A DNA stretch of 26,819 nucleotides from a virus (IMGVR_UViG_3300010368_000087:1-26819), one strand, 5' to 3'. Positions 1-10,367 are shown, counted from the first letter of the stretch. The notes: a model not told the origin generated them from the sequence alone. Numbers and translations: made by a program.

Positions 1-59
1 TCAGTTAATACCAAAGGTTCTTTTTTACTTGTAAAAAATCCTTTAATCCATTTTAACAT
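1..59 (-). CDS. Partial hypothetical protein (runs off left edge), MLKWIKGFFTSKKEPLVLT...
   Basis: ATG at 59 on the minus strand with AGGAG Shine-Dalgarno (67-71) upstream; frame open to the window edge. Not in the ORF track. Confidence 0.6.
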   Translation of the reverse strand, partial: MLKWIKGFFTSKKEPLVLT

Positions 60-88
60 GTGTACACTCCTATTTTGTGTTATTGTGT

Positions 89-94
89 TAAATA
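89..94 (+). promoter_or_regulatory. TAAATA late-promoter-like motif
   Basis: Same hexamer recurs upstream of many genes in the window; lies upstream of ORF 127..300. Confidence 0.45.
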
Positions 95-126
95 TATATG
101 CAATTAAAAATTAAAGGAATTGAATT

Positions 127-300
127 ATGATTGAATTGGCAAAAACTTGGATATTAAACAGACTAAAAGAGCGCACAACATATGATGGTGCAATATTAAT
201 TGGTGCAGGGGTTGCATATCTGGTATTGAAGCCAATTGCTGTATTTGTAGCGTATGCTGCAATAGCTTACGGTGTTTGGACTATTTGGAAAAAAGAATAA
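127..300 (+). CDS. Small membrane protein (57 aa; two hydrophobic segments, basic C-terminus)
   Basis: My translation: MIELAKTWILNRLKERTTYDGAILIGAGVAYLVLKPIAVFVAYAAIAYGVWTIWKKE. AAGGA SD upstream; below the ORF-track length cutoff. Confidence 0.75.
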   Translation: MIELAKTWILNRLKERTTYDGAILIGAGVAYLVLKPIAVFVAYAAIAYGVWTIWKKE

Positions 301-588
301 CTATAGTTTCCCAATAGGCAAGTTACTGCTAGCAGATAAATTCCAAATTTGTTTTCGTTCAACACCTTTTTTCTGTGCAAATCTTTTGACGTCGCAGTTT
401 TCACAAACATGAAAATAATTGTTACTTAATCTCTTGGGGTCCATGCTTCCACGTGGACGGACGAATTCTACATCACAACAATCGCATCTGAAAAGAACCA
501 TTGTTTTAGTACGGTGATACCAATGTTCTTCTCCATTTTTTGATTTACGAACATGTCGTGTTTGCTCAGTGTATTCTTTTATAAACAT
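301..588 (-). CDS. Zn-ribbon-like hypothetical protein (CDCC...CENC)
   Basis: ORF track 301..633. Start at 588 (MFIKEY) preferred because it lies 5 nt after a minus-strand TAAATA (594-599). Two CxxC pairs. Confidence 0.7.
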   Translation of the reverse strand: MFIKEYTEQTRHVRKSKNGEEHWYHRTKTMVLFRCDCCDVEFVRPRGSMDPKRLSNNYFHVCENCDVKRFAQKKGVERKQIWNLSASSNLPIGKL

Positions 589-621
589 AACTATATTTAC
601 ATTAAGATTATAGAAATCTAG

Positions 622-629
622 TATAAATA
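622..629 (+). promoter_or_regulatory. T4-type late promoter TATAAATA
   Basis: Exact T4 late consensus upstream of iscA and the tail module. Confidence 0.65.
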
Positions 630-647
630 TCATTGAGAGAGAAAAAC

Positions 648-1013
648 ATGAATATTTGCAAATTAACTGAAACAGCTAAAAAACAAATCGATCACCTGTG
701 TGCTGAAAACCATTGCTATGCAATCAGTTTAAACATCAAAGGTGGCGGCTGTGCTGGGTTTGAATATGATTGGGGAACTGTAAATCACCCTAGTGATTTG
801 ACACCTGGTGATGAAATTGTTCAAACTGACGGTGCTGGCAGATTTGTTGTAGGTGCATCCAGTTTAATGTTTTTAATTGGCACGGAATTAGACTATGTAA
901 AAAGTCTGGTTGGTGCAAGTTTCGAGATAAAAAATCCTAATGCGCAATCAAGTTGTGGTTGTGGCGTTAGTGTGAATTTTAATATGGATGAATTATCCAG
1001 TCCAACAATTTAA
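648..1013 (+). CDS. iscA: A-type Fe-S cluster carrier protein (IscA/SufA/HesB family)
   Basis: KLTETA N-terminus, GGGCAGFEY, L-x-GTELDY and NPNAQSSCGCG motifs. ATG at 648 preferred to TTG at 633. Confidence 0.9.
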   Translation: MNICKLTETAKKQIDHLCAENHCYAISLNIKGGGCAGFEYDWGTVNHPSDLTPGDEIVQTDGAGRFVVGASSLMFLIGTELDYVKSLVGASFEIKNPNAQSSCGCGVSVNFNMDELSSPTI

Positions 1014-1026
1014 TGGAGTAAAGTAG

Positions 1027-4000
1027 ATGGCAAACCAAAAAATAGACATTGGTATTGAAGGCAATGATGGAACTGGAGACAGTATTCGTGAAAGTTTCCG
1101 TAAAGTAAATGAAAATTTTCAGGAACTTTATGCAGTATTTGGAATAGGCGGTCAAATATCAATTATTGACCTCAACGACACTCCTGACACTTATGAAGGA
1201 AACGAAAACAAAATCCTAGCCACAAACAGTGTTGGTACTAGAACTAACTTTTTGGAACTTGCAAGCGACAGTGGTCTAAACTCAAACGATGTTGATACCA
1301 TTGGTTTTGACTTTTCAGTTGACGGAAAACTTATAGTTAGACAACTGGTTTCCAAACTGTCTAACGACCCTGAACCGGTCTTAACTGGACCGTTAAATGC
1401 TGGAACACAACCAATTGCAAATGTTGGTATTGATCAAGCCGCAGTGGATACTTATAATACTGTTCATAGTACCAATCCCATAACTATTGATGACTTGGTT
1501 ATCACAAAGGGATTTGCTGATGCTAGCTACCAAGCCAAAGTGGTAGCTGGTGGTGGATTACGTTTACCGTATGAACCAGCAAATACTGATATGTATATAA
1601 AAATTACATCAGACTTATCTGGCGGTTATTTCAATTTAACACATGGGTATACATCTGAATACAACGGTGCCGCATTTGTTTTTAATTCAGCTGGAACAGA
1701 TCCGTTTGGTGTTGTTAGTGGAAACACATATTATATAAATGTTGTTGATGAAACCAAGCTTTCGTTACATGAAACTGTCCCTGATGCAGTTAATGGAGTT
1801 AACAGAATTTTAATAAGTGGTGGTGATGCACCATTCACAATCACAGACGAAGCATATGACTCAACACTGGAAGGCAACTGGTTAGCAAACAATGCTGTTC
1901 CGAGAACTTCAATAGTTCGCCGCGAGGGTGACACAATGACAGGGGCTCTCACTTTGTTTGATCATCCTGGTGATCTGGCAGGAGTTGGAACTCCAACTGG
2001 TGATGACGATCTGCAGGCTGTGACAAAGCTGTACGTTGACAACGCTACGACATACAGTCAAGTTGATGTGTATGTAAGTACAACTGGAGATGATACGCAA
2101 TCCAATACCCCTCCTGGCAAGGAAGGACGCAGTCCAGCATATGCATATAAGACAATTAATGCAGCCGCACAAAAGGCAGAAGAGTTGATAATAGCTGCGC
2201 CGTACGAGCCTGGCCCGTATGTGCAAACTATGACGCATAGTTCTGGTGCATCAACTGCCACAGTAAATGGTGCTGGTGCTGATGCGCCTCCAGCTGGGCG
2301 CACAAATGCCAGAGCAATGGTCGTTGAAAATAAAGATTTTATACAGAAAGAAGTTATTGCTTACATTAATGAAATATATCCAGACTTTATATACGACACT
2401 GACACTTATGAAAGTGACATTGGTTACATACTAGAATCAATAACACTTGATTCGCTAATGGGCGATAACGCAAATTATCTTTCAAGACAAGCTGGTATCA
2501 GATATTATTCAAATCCAAGTGCAACTAGGGCAATTACTACTCATAAAACAGAAACTGTTGCTGCTATTGATTATGTAAAATCAATATTGCCACTAATACT
2601 AACCAGTACTGACTTGCCAGTGTTATATCAAGATGCTGTGACACAATATAAAAATCTAAGTCTTGTGCCTGATGCTAATGCTGAAAGTGTATTAAATGCA
2701 AAATTAAATATCGTTACTGACATCATAGATCTTGGTGTATTTTTAAGTCCACCAGTTACTGATGGATTGAGAAATTATCGAGTAACTGTCAACAATGGTG
2801 GCACTGGGTTTATTGATCAAGCAAATCCTGTATCATCAGATATAATTCCAGGAAAAGTAATCAGAGGAAAAACTTCTGGAGCAATTGGACGAATTATTGA
2901 ATATCTAGCTGAATCTGGAGGAACACCAGTAACACTTGCTGGAACGGATGAGATAGAAGTTCAGCTATTGGAGCCTATTGAATTTTTGGACGACGAGGAA
3001 CTAGAATATGGAAATTTGGTTAAAAATAGACAAATTTCAATTCTTGTAGAATCAGGAATATACGAAGAACATCTTCCAATTAAAATAAGTGATAACGTAT
3101 CAGTTGTTGGTAATGAATTTAGAAGATGCATTATACGTCCAAAAAGTGGAGTATCTGAGTCAAGATATTCACAGGCGTTTTTCTACAGGGATGCATTTTT
3201 TGATGGACTAGAAGTTGCAAATGATGGCGTTGCATTTATCAACCCGCTGACTGGAAACTTAGACGGGTATTTTGGTTATCATTATCTAACTGATCCAACA
3301 GATCCAGAAAGTACACCAAAATCAAACGCTGATATGGATGTATTTTTAATGAATGATGCAACTATTATTCGTAATTTAACAGTTCAAGGCCATGGCGGAT
3401 TTATGTGTGTTCTTGATCCAGACGGGCAAATATTAACTAAATCACCATATATTCAAACTGGCTCTAGTTTCTCTAAAAGTTTAAACCGTCAGGCATTCCG
3501 TGGTGGGTTGTATATTGATGCGTTTACTGGCAACTCAGCTGTGCAAGTTGTCGAAAGAGTGGATGGTAACCCATTTAGACTAAGTGTAGCAAGTTTGCCC
3601 AATCAGGGGCTATTTTTAAGAAAGCCACAAACCCCTGCTCCGTTTTATGTTGATGGAAGACGCTTCCAAATTGATGCCATAAGTGCATATGATCCTGAAT
3701 TGGGAACTGCTGAACTTATATTGTCAAGCAATTCAAATAATGGCACTGGATTTACTGGAATAACCAGTCTATTGTCAACAGGTGTGGATCTTGACGATTT
3801 TACATCACCAATTGATATTACTATACAAACAGCTGGCAACAGAAGTATGCTTGCAAACGACTTTACGCAAATCAATGATTTGGGGTACGGGTTAGTATGT
3901 AACAATGGTGCATTATCTGAAAACGTTAGTATGTTTACATATTATTGCTGGACCAGTTATTATGCATTAAATGGTTCTCAGATACGATCGCTTACAGGAA

Positions 4001-7000
4001 GCTCGTGCTACGGTGAGTACGGATTAATTGCTGAGGGTGCTGATCCAAACGAAATACCTGATGCAATTGCGCTTGGGCAAGACATGGTAATGTCAGCTAG
4101 AACTGTTTCATCTGATGTTGTACTTTATCTCGCAGGACCAGTGGTTGTAGATGCAGGAGATGTATTGGTACAACAAACTTCAGGTGCCACTGGAACGGTA
4201 TCAGTCAGTACAGGTACAAATGGATGTAACGTTGTATATTTGATAAACACCACTGGTATTTTTAATACAAGTGATGAAATTGAATTATCATCAGTATCAC
4301 TTGGCGCTGATAGTGTTCCTTACGATGTTGATAACACGGGGTATGATAACGCAGTGGAATCATTGTATATACATGCATATGATATGATTGAACCTCCGTC
4401 AAACAAATCAGAAATTGATGTATGGCATCCAACACGTCCAGCATTTTCACGTTATGAAATAGCAAGTGCAAGTGTTTCAGATATTCATATAGGAAGATAT
4501 CAATCAGTTAATGATGTGTTACCAGCAACAACAGTATCAGTCTCTGGTGCTGATGCAATATTTAATATATATAAAACTATTAATGATGGATACACTGTAA
4601 GTATTGAAAGTGGTGGTACAGGATATATAGTTAATGATACCATAACAGTTGATGGGTCACTTTTAGGCGGAATAACATCAACTAATGACGCTGTTATTAC
4701 AGTTACTGAAGTAACTTCTGGTGTTATCACAGGTGCAAGCATTGCAGGTACAATAGCTGTTGATCCATCAACTCCAAAATACAGTGGAATTGTATACAAG
4801 TTAAATTTTACTACAACAGATGCACAGTTTAGCATTAACGGATTGTTGGCCACTGTTCCATGGGGTGAAATTATTAACTATCGTCGCAATCAAACACACA
4901 TAATAACTGATATTGCAGAAATTAGTACATTGACTATACGTCCAAGTACAGCAGTTGTATTTGCTGAAAGTCCAGATACTGTTTATCGTTCTATTAGTTT
5001 TTTGAACAGTGACAGTATTGGTAACGAGTTGGATCCTGATACGTTACAAGTTGGATTAGATAGCACTTATGATTACATACGATTAATAGTTGATCCAGTT
5101 AGAGCTGCTGAAACTGTACTTTCTGGTGCTGGTGGAACAACCAAAGGTGCCACAATTGGTGATGATGTTATTGCTGTGTTGGCAAGTGCTGATTTTAATG
5201 AAATATATCGTTTAAATAATAATACTAGAACTCCCGAGGCCAATAGACCTGCAGGTTGGACTGTGGATACATTAACTGAAGAAGCACCGATATTTGTATG
5301 GGGTGGAAAAAAGCATTATGTGTTCAATTATCAGGGTGTAGACAGCGATGATAACATTGTTCCAATTGCTGAAGATAATGAATATGCTATAGTAGAGATT
5401 GCAGAAGTTGGAGAAGACATCAATCAAACAACTACTGCTACTGGTTTGGAAAGTCCAGTGATTCGTGGCGTGGAAACTATTACACTGCGAGCAGGTTTGA
5501 AAGCAGGTGCATTGGGTGATGTGACTAAAAATATATCAACATGCCGTGCAACAAGCCATGATTTCCTAGAAGTTGGAACTGGAGGATTTAACCAATCCAA
5601 TTATCCAAATGTTATATACGGTGCACCAAGAGAAGCAGATCAAGCCAATGAAGTTGATGAGCGTGGCAAAGGACGAGTGTTTTATGTGAGCACTGACCAA
5701 GATGGTATTTTCCGTGTAGGTCGATTCTTTAGTGTTGATCAAGGCACAGGAACTGTGACATTTAGTGCAAGTCTTGCACTTAGTGATGTTGATGGACTTG
5801 GATTTAAACGCGGCGTTGTTATTTCAGAATTCTCAACGGATAGCTCAATGGGTGACAACGCCACTGATACTATTCCTACAGAAAGTGCGATCAGAGGGTA
5901 TGTAAATAGAAGACTGGGTTTTGACCTCAACGGTATACCTGTTAGTAATAAAATAGGACCAGGTGCATTATCGCAATCTGGTGCTACCCCAATGACAGGT
6001 GATTTAAACGCTGCTGGAAATACAGTTTCCAATTTGGCAGCACCAGTCCAAGGTTCTGATGCGGCAACCAAAGATTATGCTGATAATATTAGAAATACTA
6101 TTGTTACAACGATTGAATCACTTGAAGATGTTGAAATTAATAATCTAGAAAGTGACCAACTATTAGTGTCCACTGGTAAGTACAAAATTATTATACAAGC
6201 TACCAGCATAGTGGGTGGAGAATTTGATATTGGTGATGTAATTACTGGATCAGAAAGTGGTGCAACTGGTACCATTGTTGACGTATATACTTCACAAGAC
6301 TATCGTGGTGACTTGGTTAACATTATATATACTGCAACTTCTGGATCTTTCAGTGCAGGAGATGATGTTGGTGCTGGACAAGATACGATATCAACTACTG
6401 GTGGGGTTTCAGGCTTAGTAATTGTTGGGCCATTTAATGAATGGGCTAATGGTATATGGGATGCTGCAAGTGATATAGAAGTAACCACTGACAGGGTCAT
6501 AACCACTGTTGCTGGAGAAGTAACTGATCGTTATGTTACTCTGAATGCTGGCATAAAGGCAAACTCTATAATTAACTCTGATGTTAACGCATCAGCAGGT
6601 ATAGTACAGAGTAAATTATCAATGAATTCTGCTACGGCAGACTTGGCTTCTGCAAGCGGAATTACACAAAATGAACTGGGTTTGGCTGCGTTTGATAGTT
6701 CAGCATTTACGTCGACAGATGGCTGGATTGCTGTAAAAAATAACGGAATTACAATTTCAAAATTACAGCAAATTTCATCTGCTACTGTTCTTGGAAGAAG
6801 TGCTGCTGGAACTGGTAATGTAAGTGAAATACCATTCTCAACAATTGCCAATGTTGGCGGTGCAGTTATGCACACTGACATCCCAGGCACAACACTTGGG
6901 GTAGTTAGTAGAACTGGAACAGAAACATATAGCATTGAGCAGATTACTATCAATGGTGAAAATAGTAAAATAGTAAAAACTAGACCAAATGGTAGTATTC

Positions 7001-8214
7001 AAGCAAATAGCCTGATTTTGGGGGCTGATACCACTTATGAAGTTCTAGCACTATCAGGAACTCAATTAATCCTAAAAACACCAGCACAAGGGACTGTGCT
7101 TACTGCAACTGGAGGGGTTGATCCAACGGTTAATATACCAGGAAGTTTATCAATTGATGGCGCAAGTGTTACGCAAACAACATTCCAGACAAACTCACCG
7201 TTGGCAAACAATAGCCGAATTGGTGCTAGTTGGATCAAAACTTCATTTATTGAAGCTTCTGGAGAAGGTAATGCTAATTCCACTGGTATTGCACTTGGTG
7301 CAGATACTGGATTTACAATAGCTGATGAAATTGGTTTGGTAGTTGGCGGTAGTATGCCATTTAAAGTAACTGAAACTGCTATTCTTCCAGATGTGGATAG
7401 TATTTATAATATTGGCAATAGCACGTTTAAGTACGATAAAATTTATGCTAATGAATTTGTCGGATTAATTGGTGGAAGTGCTACACAAGTTTCAACTATA
7501 TCAAATAGCACTAATACACCTCATTATTTAACATTTGTAAATTCAAATAATGGAACTGCAACAGCTGAAAATGTATACACTGATGCTGGACTGTCTTATA
7601 ATCCAAGTACCAACGCTCTAAGTGTTGGTGGAACACTTGATGTCAATGGAAGCATGACAATTGGTGGCAATACTACGATGGGTAATGCGACCACTGATAG
7701 CATAACCTTTACTGGCAGAGTTAATTCTAATATTGTACCAAGCAGTACAAATGTTAGAAATCTAGGTTCAAGTAGTTTGGTGTGGAATACTATATATGCA
7801 ACACTTTTCAGTGGTACAGCAACACAGGCATATTATGCTGACCTTGCAGAAAACTATTTGGGCGATGCTGATTACGAACCAGGAACTGTTCTAGTGTTTG
7901 GTGGTGAATTTGAAGTTACGCAAACAAACAGAAAAAACGACCACAGAGCAGCAGGTATAGTTACAACCAACCCAGCGCACTTAATGAACAGTGCATTAAC
8001 AGGTGATCATGTTATAGGAGTTGCTCTTCAAGGTCGTGTTCCATGTAAAGTTGTTGGAAAAGTAGAAAAAGGTGATATTCTAGTTACCAGTGCTATCCCA
8101 GGGTTCGCATGTGTAAACAATGCACCAACTGCTGGCACAGTTATTGGAAAATCACTTGAAAATAAAACAGATACAGAACGCGGCATTATTGAAGTTGTCG
8201 TGGGCAAGCATTAA
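1027..8214 (+). CDS. Giant tail fibre/spike or baseplate structural protein (2395 aa) with gp9/gp10-like N-terminus, beta-helix-like region and C-terminal autocleaving intramolecular chaperone
   Basis: N-term IDIGIEGNDGTGDSIRESFRKVNENFQELY resembles T4 gp10. VYVSTTGDD...KTINAA...VESGIYEE...SVVGNEFRR resembles a beta-helix cap. C-term YADLAENY...VALQGRVPCKV...GDILVTS...VIGKSLE resembles the peptidase G2-type chaperone. GGAG SD. Confidence 0.8.
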   Translation: MANQKIDIGIEGNDGTGDSIRESFRKVNENFQELYAVFGIGGQISIIDLNDTPDTYEGNENKILATNSVGTRTNFLELASDSGLNSNDVDTIGFDFSVDGKLIVRQLVSKLSNDPEPVLTGPLNAGTQPIANVGIDQAAVDTYNTVHSTNPITIDDLVITKGFADASYQAKVVAGGGLRLPYEPANTDMYIKITSDLSGGYFNLTHGYTSEYNGAAFVFNSAGTDPFGVVSGNTYYINVVDETKLSLHETVPDAVNGVNRILISGGDAPFTITDEAYDSTLEGNWLANNAVPRTSIVRREGDTMTGALTLFDHPGDLAGVGTPTGDDDLQAVTKLYVDNATTYSQVDVYVSTTGDDTQSNTPPGKEGRSPAYAYKTINAAAQKAEELIIAAPYEPGPYVQTMTHSSGASTATVNGAGADAPPAGRTNARAMVVENKDFIQKEVIAYINEIYPDFIYDTDTYESDIGYILESITLDSLMGDNANYLSRQAGIRYYSNPSATRAITTHKTETVAAIDYVKSILPLILTSTDLPVLYQDAVTQYKNLSLVPDANAESVLNAKLNIVTDIIDLGVFLSPPVTDGLRNYRVTVNNGGTGFIDQANPVSSDIIPGKVIRGKTSGAIGRIIEYLAESGGTPVTLAGTDEIEVQLLEPIEFLDDEELEYGNLVKNRQISILVESGIYEEHLPIKISDNVSVVGNEFRRCIIRPKSGVSESRYSQAFFYRDAFFDGLEVANDGVAFINPLTGNLDGYFGYHYLTDPTDPESTPKSNADMDVFLMNDATIIRNLTVQGHGGFMCVLDPDGQILTKSPYIQTGSSFSKSLNRQAFRGGLYIDAFTGNSAVQVVERVDGNPFRLSVASLPNQGLFLRKPQTPAPFYVDGRRFQIDAISAYDPELGTAELILSSNSNNGTGFTGITSLLSTGVDLDDFTSPIDITIQTAGNRSMLANDFTQINDLGYGLVCNNGALSENVSMFTYYCWTSYYALNGSQIRSLTGSSCYGEYGLIAEGADPNEIPDAIALGQDMVMSARTVSSDVVLYLAGPVVVDAGDVLVQQTSGATGTVSVSTGTNGCNVVYLINTTGIFNTSDEIELSSVSLGADSVPYDVDNTGYDNAVESLYIHAYDMIEPPSNKSEIDVWHPTRPAFSRYEIASASVSDIHIGRYQSVNDVLPATTVSVSGADAIFNIYKTINDGYTVSIESGGTGYIVNDTITVDGSLLGGITSTNDAVITVTEVTSGVITGASIAGTIAVDPSTPKYSGIVYKLNFTTTDAQFSINGLLATVPWGEIINYRRNQTHIITDIAEISTLTIRPSTAVVFAESPDTVYRSISFLNSDSIGNELDPDTLQVGLDSTYDYIRLIVDPVRAAETVLSGAGGTTKGATIGDDVIAVLASADFNEIYRLNNNTRTPEANRPAGWTVDTLTEEAPIFVWGGKKHYVFNYQGVDSDDNIVPIAEDNEYAIVEIAEVGEDINQTTTATGLESPVIRGVETITLRAGLKAGALGDVTKNISTCRATSHDFLEVGTGGFNQSNYPNVIYGAPREADQANEVDERGKGRVFYVSTDQDGIFRVGRFFSVDQGTGTVTFSASLALSDVDGLGFKRGVVISEFSTDSSMGDNATDTIPTESAIRGYVNRRLGFDLNGIPVSNKIGPGALSQSGATPMTGDLNAAGNTVSNLAAPVQGSDAATKDYADNIRNTIVTTIESLEDVEINNLESDQLLVSTGKYKIIIQATSIVGGEFDIGDVITGSESGATGTIVDVYTSQDYRGDLVNIIYTATSGSFSAGDDVGAGQDTISTTGGVSGLVIVGPFNEWANGIWDAASDIEVTTDRVITTVAGEVTDRYVTLNAGIKANSIINSDVNASAGIVQSKLSMNSATADLASASGITQNELGLAAFDSSAFTSTDGWIAVKNNGITISKLQQISSATVLGRSAAGTGNVSEIPFSTIANVGGAVMHTDIPGTTLGVVSRTGTETYSIEQITINGENSKIVKTRPNGSIQANSLILGADTTYEVLALSGTQLILKTPAQGTVLTATGGVDPTVNIPGSLSIDGASVTQTTFQTNSPLANNSRIGASWIKTSFIEASGEGNANSTGIALGADTGFTIADEIGLVVGGSMPFKVTETAILPDVDSIYNIGNSTFKYDKIYANEFVGLIGGSATQVSTISNSTNTPHYLTFVNSNNGTATAENVYTDAGLSYNPSTNALSVGGTLDVNGSMTIGGNTTMGNATTDSITFTGRVNSNIVPSSTNVRNLGSSSLVWNTIYATLFSGTATQAYYADLAENYLGDADYEPGTVLVFGGEFEVTQTNRKNDHRAAGIVTTNPAHLMNSALTGDHVIGVALQGRVPCKVVGKVEKGDILVTSAIPGFACVNNAPTAGTVIGKSLENKTDTERGIIEVVVGKH

Positions 8215-8225
8215 GGATCAAATAA

Positions 8226-8477
8226 ATGGCAAAACAGACTATAAACATTGGCAGTGGTGAAAACCAAGGTGACGGCGATCCGCTTAGATCTGCGTTTACT
8301 AAAATAAATGAAAACTTTTCAGAAGTGTATGCTGGGCCCCCTCAGTATACACAAACTGAAATTAACGAACTGACTGCCTCTAATGGGTTATTTGTGTATA
8401 ATACCACAACTGGCAAATTCCAAGGATATGTCCCAGATTCAGGTCTTGGCAGTCCTGGATGGATAGATTTACACTAA
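8226..8477 (+). CDS. Small gp9/gp10-N-terminal-like virion protein (83 aa)
   Basis: MAKQTINIGSGENQGDGDPLRSAFTKINENFSEVY shares the motif of ORFs 1027 and 9615; AAGGA SD. Confidence 0.7.
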   Translation: MAKQTINIGSGENQGDGDPLRSAFTKINENFSEVYAGPPQYTQTEINELTASNGLFVYNTTTGKFQGYVPDSGLGSPGWIDLH

Positions 8478-8480
8478 ATA
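8475..8480 (+). promoter_or_regulatory. TAAATA late-promoter-like motif overlapping the upstream stop codon
   Basis: ACTAAATA 20 nt before ATG 8501. Confidence 0.5.
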
Positions 8481-8500
8481 TTAGAAATAGGATAAATGAC

Positions 8501-9580
8501 ATGGCAAATAGATACCCACTAATACTGGATACCACTGATGGTAACAAACTTAAAGAATTACCAGAAGGTGACGACCTTTATCTTAGAAATAGCAGTATCA
8601 GTGAAGTTCAAGATATCAACTCGTTGGGAACTATAAATGCTGCTGCAATTACAGTTAATGGCGAATCAGTGTTATCTGCGTATTTTCTAGGATTAAGCGA
8701 CACCCCAAATTCATATTCGAGCGCTGCAAATACTCTTGTAAAAGTTAATAGTAGTGGAACAGGCTTAGTATTTGCTCCATTTAGTGACTTTGGTGATATT
8801 ACATTAGATGATGTGACAATTAACAGTTCAATACTTCCCGATACCACTGATGTTTCAGATATTGGCTCTGAAATACTTAGATTTAATGAAGTATATGCTG
8901 TTTCATTTATTGGAAGTTTACGTGGTAACGATGGTACGCTAGTTTTTGACGGGAATACAAATCAAATTTCATATGCAGCAATCTTTGGTGCTCCAACTGA
9001 TCTTGGCGAGTTCACTAACGATGCTGGTTACATCACAGTAAATGATGTTGATCTTAGCTTAACTGGTGATTTAATTGGAAGTGTATTTGCTGATGACAGC
9101 ACACTATTAGTAGACGGTGTTAACGGAAAAATTGTTGGTGAAATTGAAACTACAATTGTAAGCGCAGATGAAATTCATAATGCAGATTTAATTACTGGAA
9201 AGCTTGGCGGTAGTGATTTGACTATTATTTCATCAAGCAGTATTAATTTCCGCACAGATGTAGAAAATGAAAATAATTTGTTTGAGTTTATGAATGATGG
9301 AACATTCTACACGTCTAAAAACATAATCAACGATCGTTCTTATATCAGTACACCAAGAAATGATGCAGTTGGCATCATGAATATAACCAGTGCAAATGAA
9401 GTAATCATTACATCAAACGAAGCCAGTCCTCAAGAGTGGACATTTGAAACTAATGGATCATTAACATTTCCAGACAGTAGTGTGCAAACGGGAGCATCGA
9501 TTAGTATAACAGACTTAAAAACTTTGGTTGCAGCGAGTATAGATTTTGCAGATTTCCAAACTAGGATTGCAGCTCTTTGA
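8501..9580 (+). CDS. Putative tail/baseplate structural protein
   Basis: ORF track 8459..9580; start at 8501 (MANRYP) with AGGA SD. Acidic, S/T/G/N-rich, with fibre-like segments (FLGLSDTPNSY, GSVFADDSTLLVDG). Located in the tail module. Confidence 0.65.
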   Translation: MANRYPLILDTTDGNKLKELPEGDDLYLRNSSISEVQDINSLGTINAAAITVNGESVLSAYFLGLSDTPNSYSSAANTLVKVNSSGTGLVFAPFSDFGDITLDDVTINSSILPDTTDVSDIGSEILRFNEVYAVSFIGSLRGNDGTLVFDGNTNQISYAAIFGAPTDLGEFTNDAGYITVNDVDLSLTGDLIGSVFADDSTLLVDGVNGKIVGEIETTIVSADEIHNADLITGKLGGSDLTIISSSSINFRTDVENENNLFEFMNDGTFYTSKNIINDRSYISTPRNDAVGIMNITSANEVIITSNEASPQEWTFETNGSLTFPDSSVQTGASISITDLKTLVAASIDFADFQTRIAAL

Positions 9581-9590
9581 TAAATTGCGA

Positions 9591-9596
9591 TAAATA
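9591..9596 (+). promoter_or_regulatory. TAAATA late-promoter-like motif (CGATAAATA)
   Basis: Intergenic, upstream of GGAG SD and ATG 9615. Confidence 0.6.
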
Positions 9597-9614
9597 TAAG
9601 AAACGGAGATCAAA

Positions 9615-10328
9615 ATGGCAGTACAATTAATTAACATAGGCAACTCAGCAAACGATGGAACTGGGGATGATCTTAGAGAAGCATTTATCAAGGTAAATCA
9701 AAACTTTGAAGACCTTGATCTTAGAGATGATGAACAAACTACTGCCAGTAATATTGGGGCCAGTGGCCAAGGAATATTTGCCAATAAAGTAGGCTACGAC
9801 CTACAGTTTAAAAAACTAGTAGCAAGTACTGATATTATACTAACATCAACAGATGATCAAATCACGATATCTGCAAATGGTGGCTTAAAGTCTGTGTTAG
9901 TTGGATCAAATTCTGGAAGCACAATCCTTCAAGAAATTGCAGAACTAAATGTATTGGGAACTGGACTTGTTGAAACAGCACTTGTTGGTGATAACTTAAC
10001 AATAAGCTATACTGGGTGGACCCAGCTTTCAGATGACACTGCACCAGTTCTTGGAGGAGAATTAAATGGTGGCGGAAATAGTATTGTAAATGTTGATGCA
10101 GTGGATGCTGCCATTGTATCAGGTGGTGAAATATACGGACCACTAACTGGCACAGTGTATGGCATTGATATACGAGATTTAGATGCATATTTTAATGAAT
10201 ATTTTGATTTTGGTACGTTATCAGGAAACGTAAATAGTATAATTAATTGGATGTTTAGTGAAATTTCAGTAGATTTTGGATCCTTTACATCTCCTGAATT
10301 GAAAACAATTGATCTCGGTTCTATTTGA
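9615..10328 (+). CDS. Baseplate/tail protein with T4 gp9/gp10-like N-terminus
   Basis: MAVQLINIGNSANDGTGDDLREAFIKVNQNF closely resembles the T4 gp10 N-terminus (NINIGN..DDGTGD.LR...KINENF). Confidence 0.7.
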   Translation: MAVQLINIGNSANDGTGDDLREAFIKVNQNFEDLDLRDDEQTTASNIGASGQGIFANKVGYDLQFKKLVASTDIILTSTDDQITISANGGLKSVLVGSNSGSTILQEIAELNVLGTGLVETALVGDNLTISYTGWTQLSDDTAPVLGGELNGGGNSIVNVDAVDAAIVSGGEIYGPLTGTVYGIDIRDLDAYFNEYFDFGTLSGNVNSIINWMFSEISVDFGSFTSPELKTIDLGSI

Positions 10329-10343
10329 TAATTTAATTTACGA

Positions 10344-10349
10344 TAAATA
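10344..10349 (+). promoter_or_regulatory. TAAATA late-promoter-like motif (CGATAAATA)
   Basis: Intergenic, upstream of AAGGA SD and ATG 10368. Confidence 0.6.
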
Positions 10350-10367
10350 TTAAAAAGGAATCGTGAA

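Noticed and set aside
8226-9580. Programmed frameshift fusing the 83-aa ORF to the overlapping 8459 ORF
   Set aside because: The overlap disappears with the better start at 8501, which has its own SD and TAAATA motif; no slippery sequence seen.
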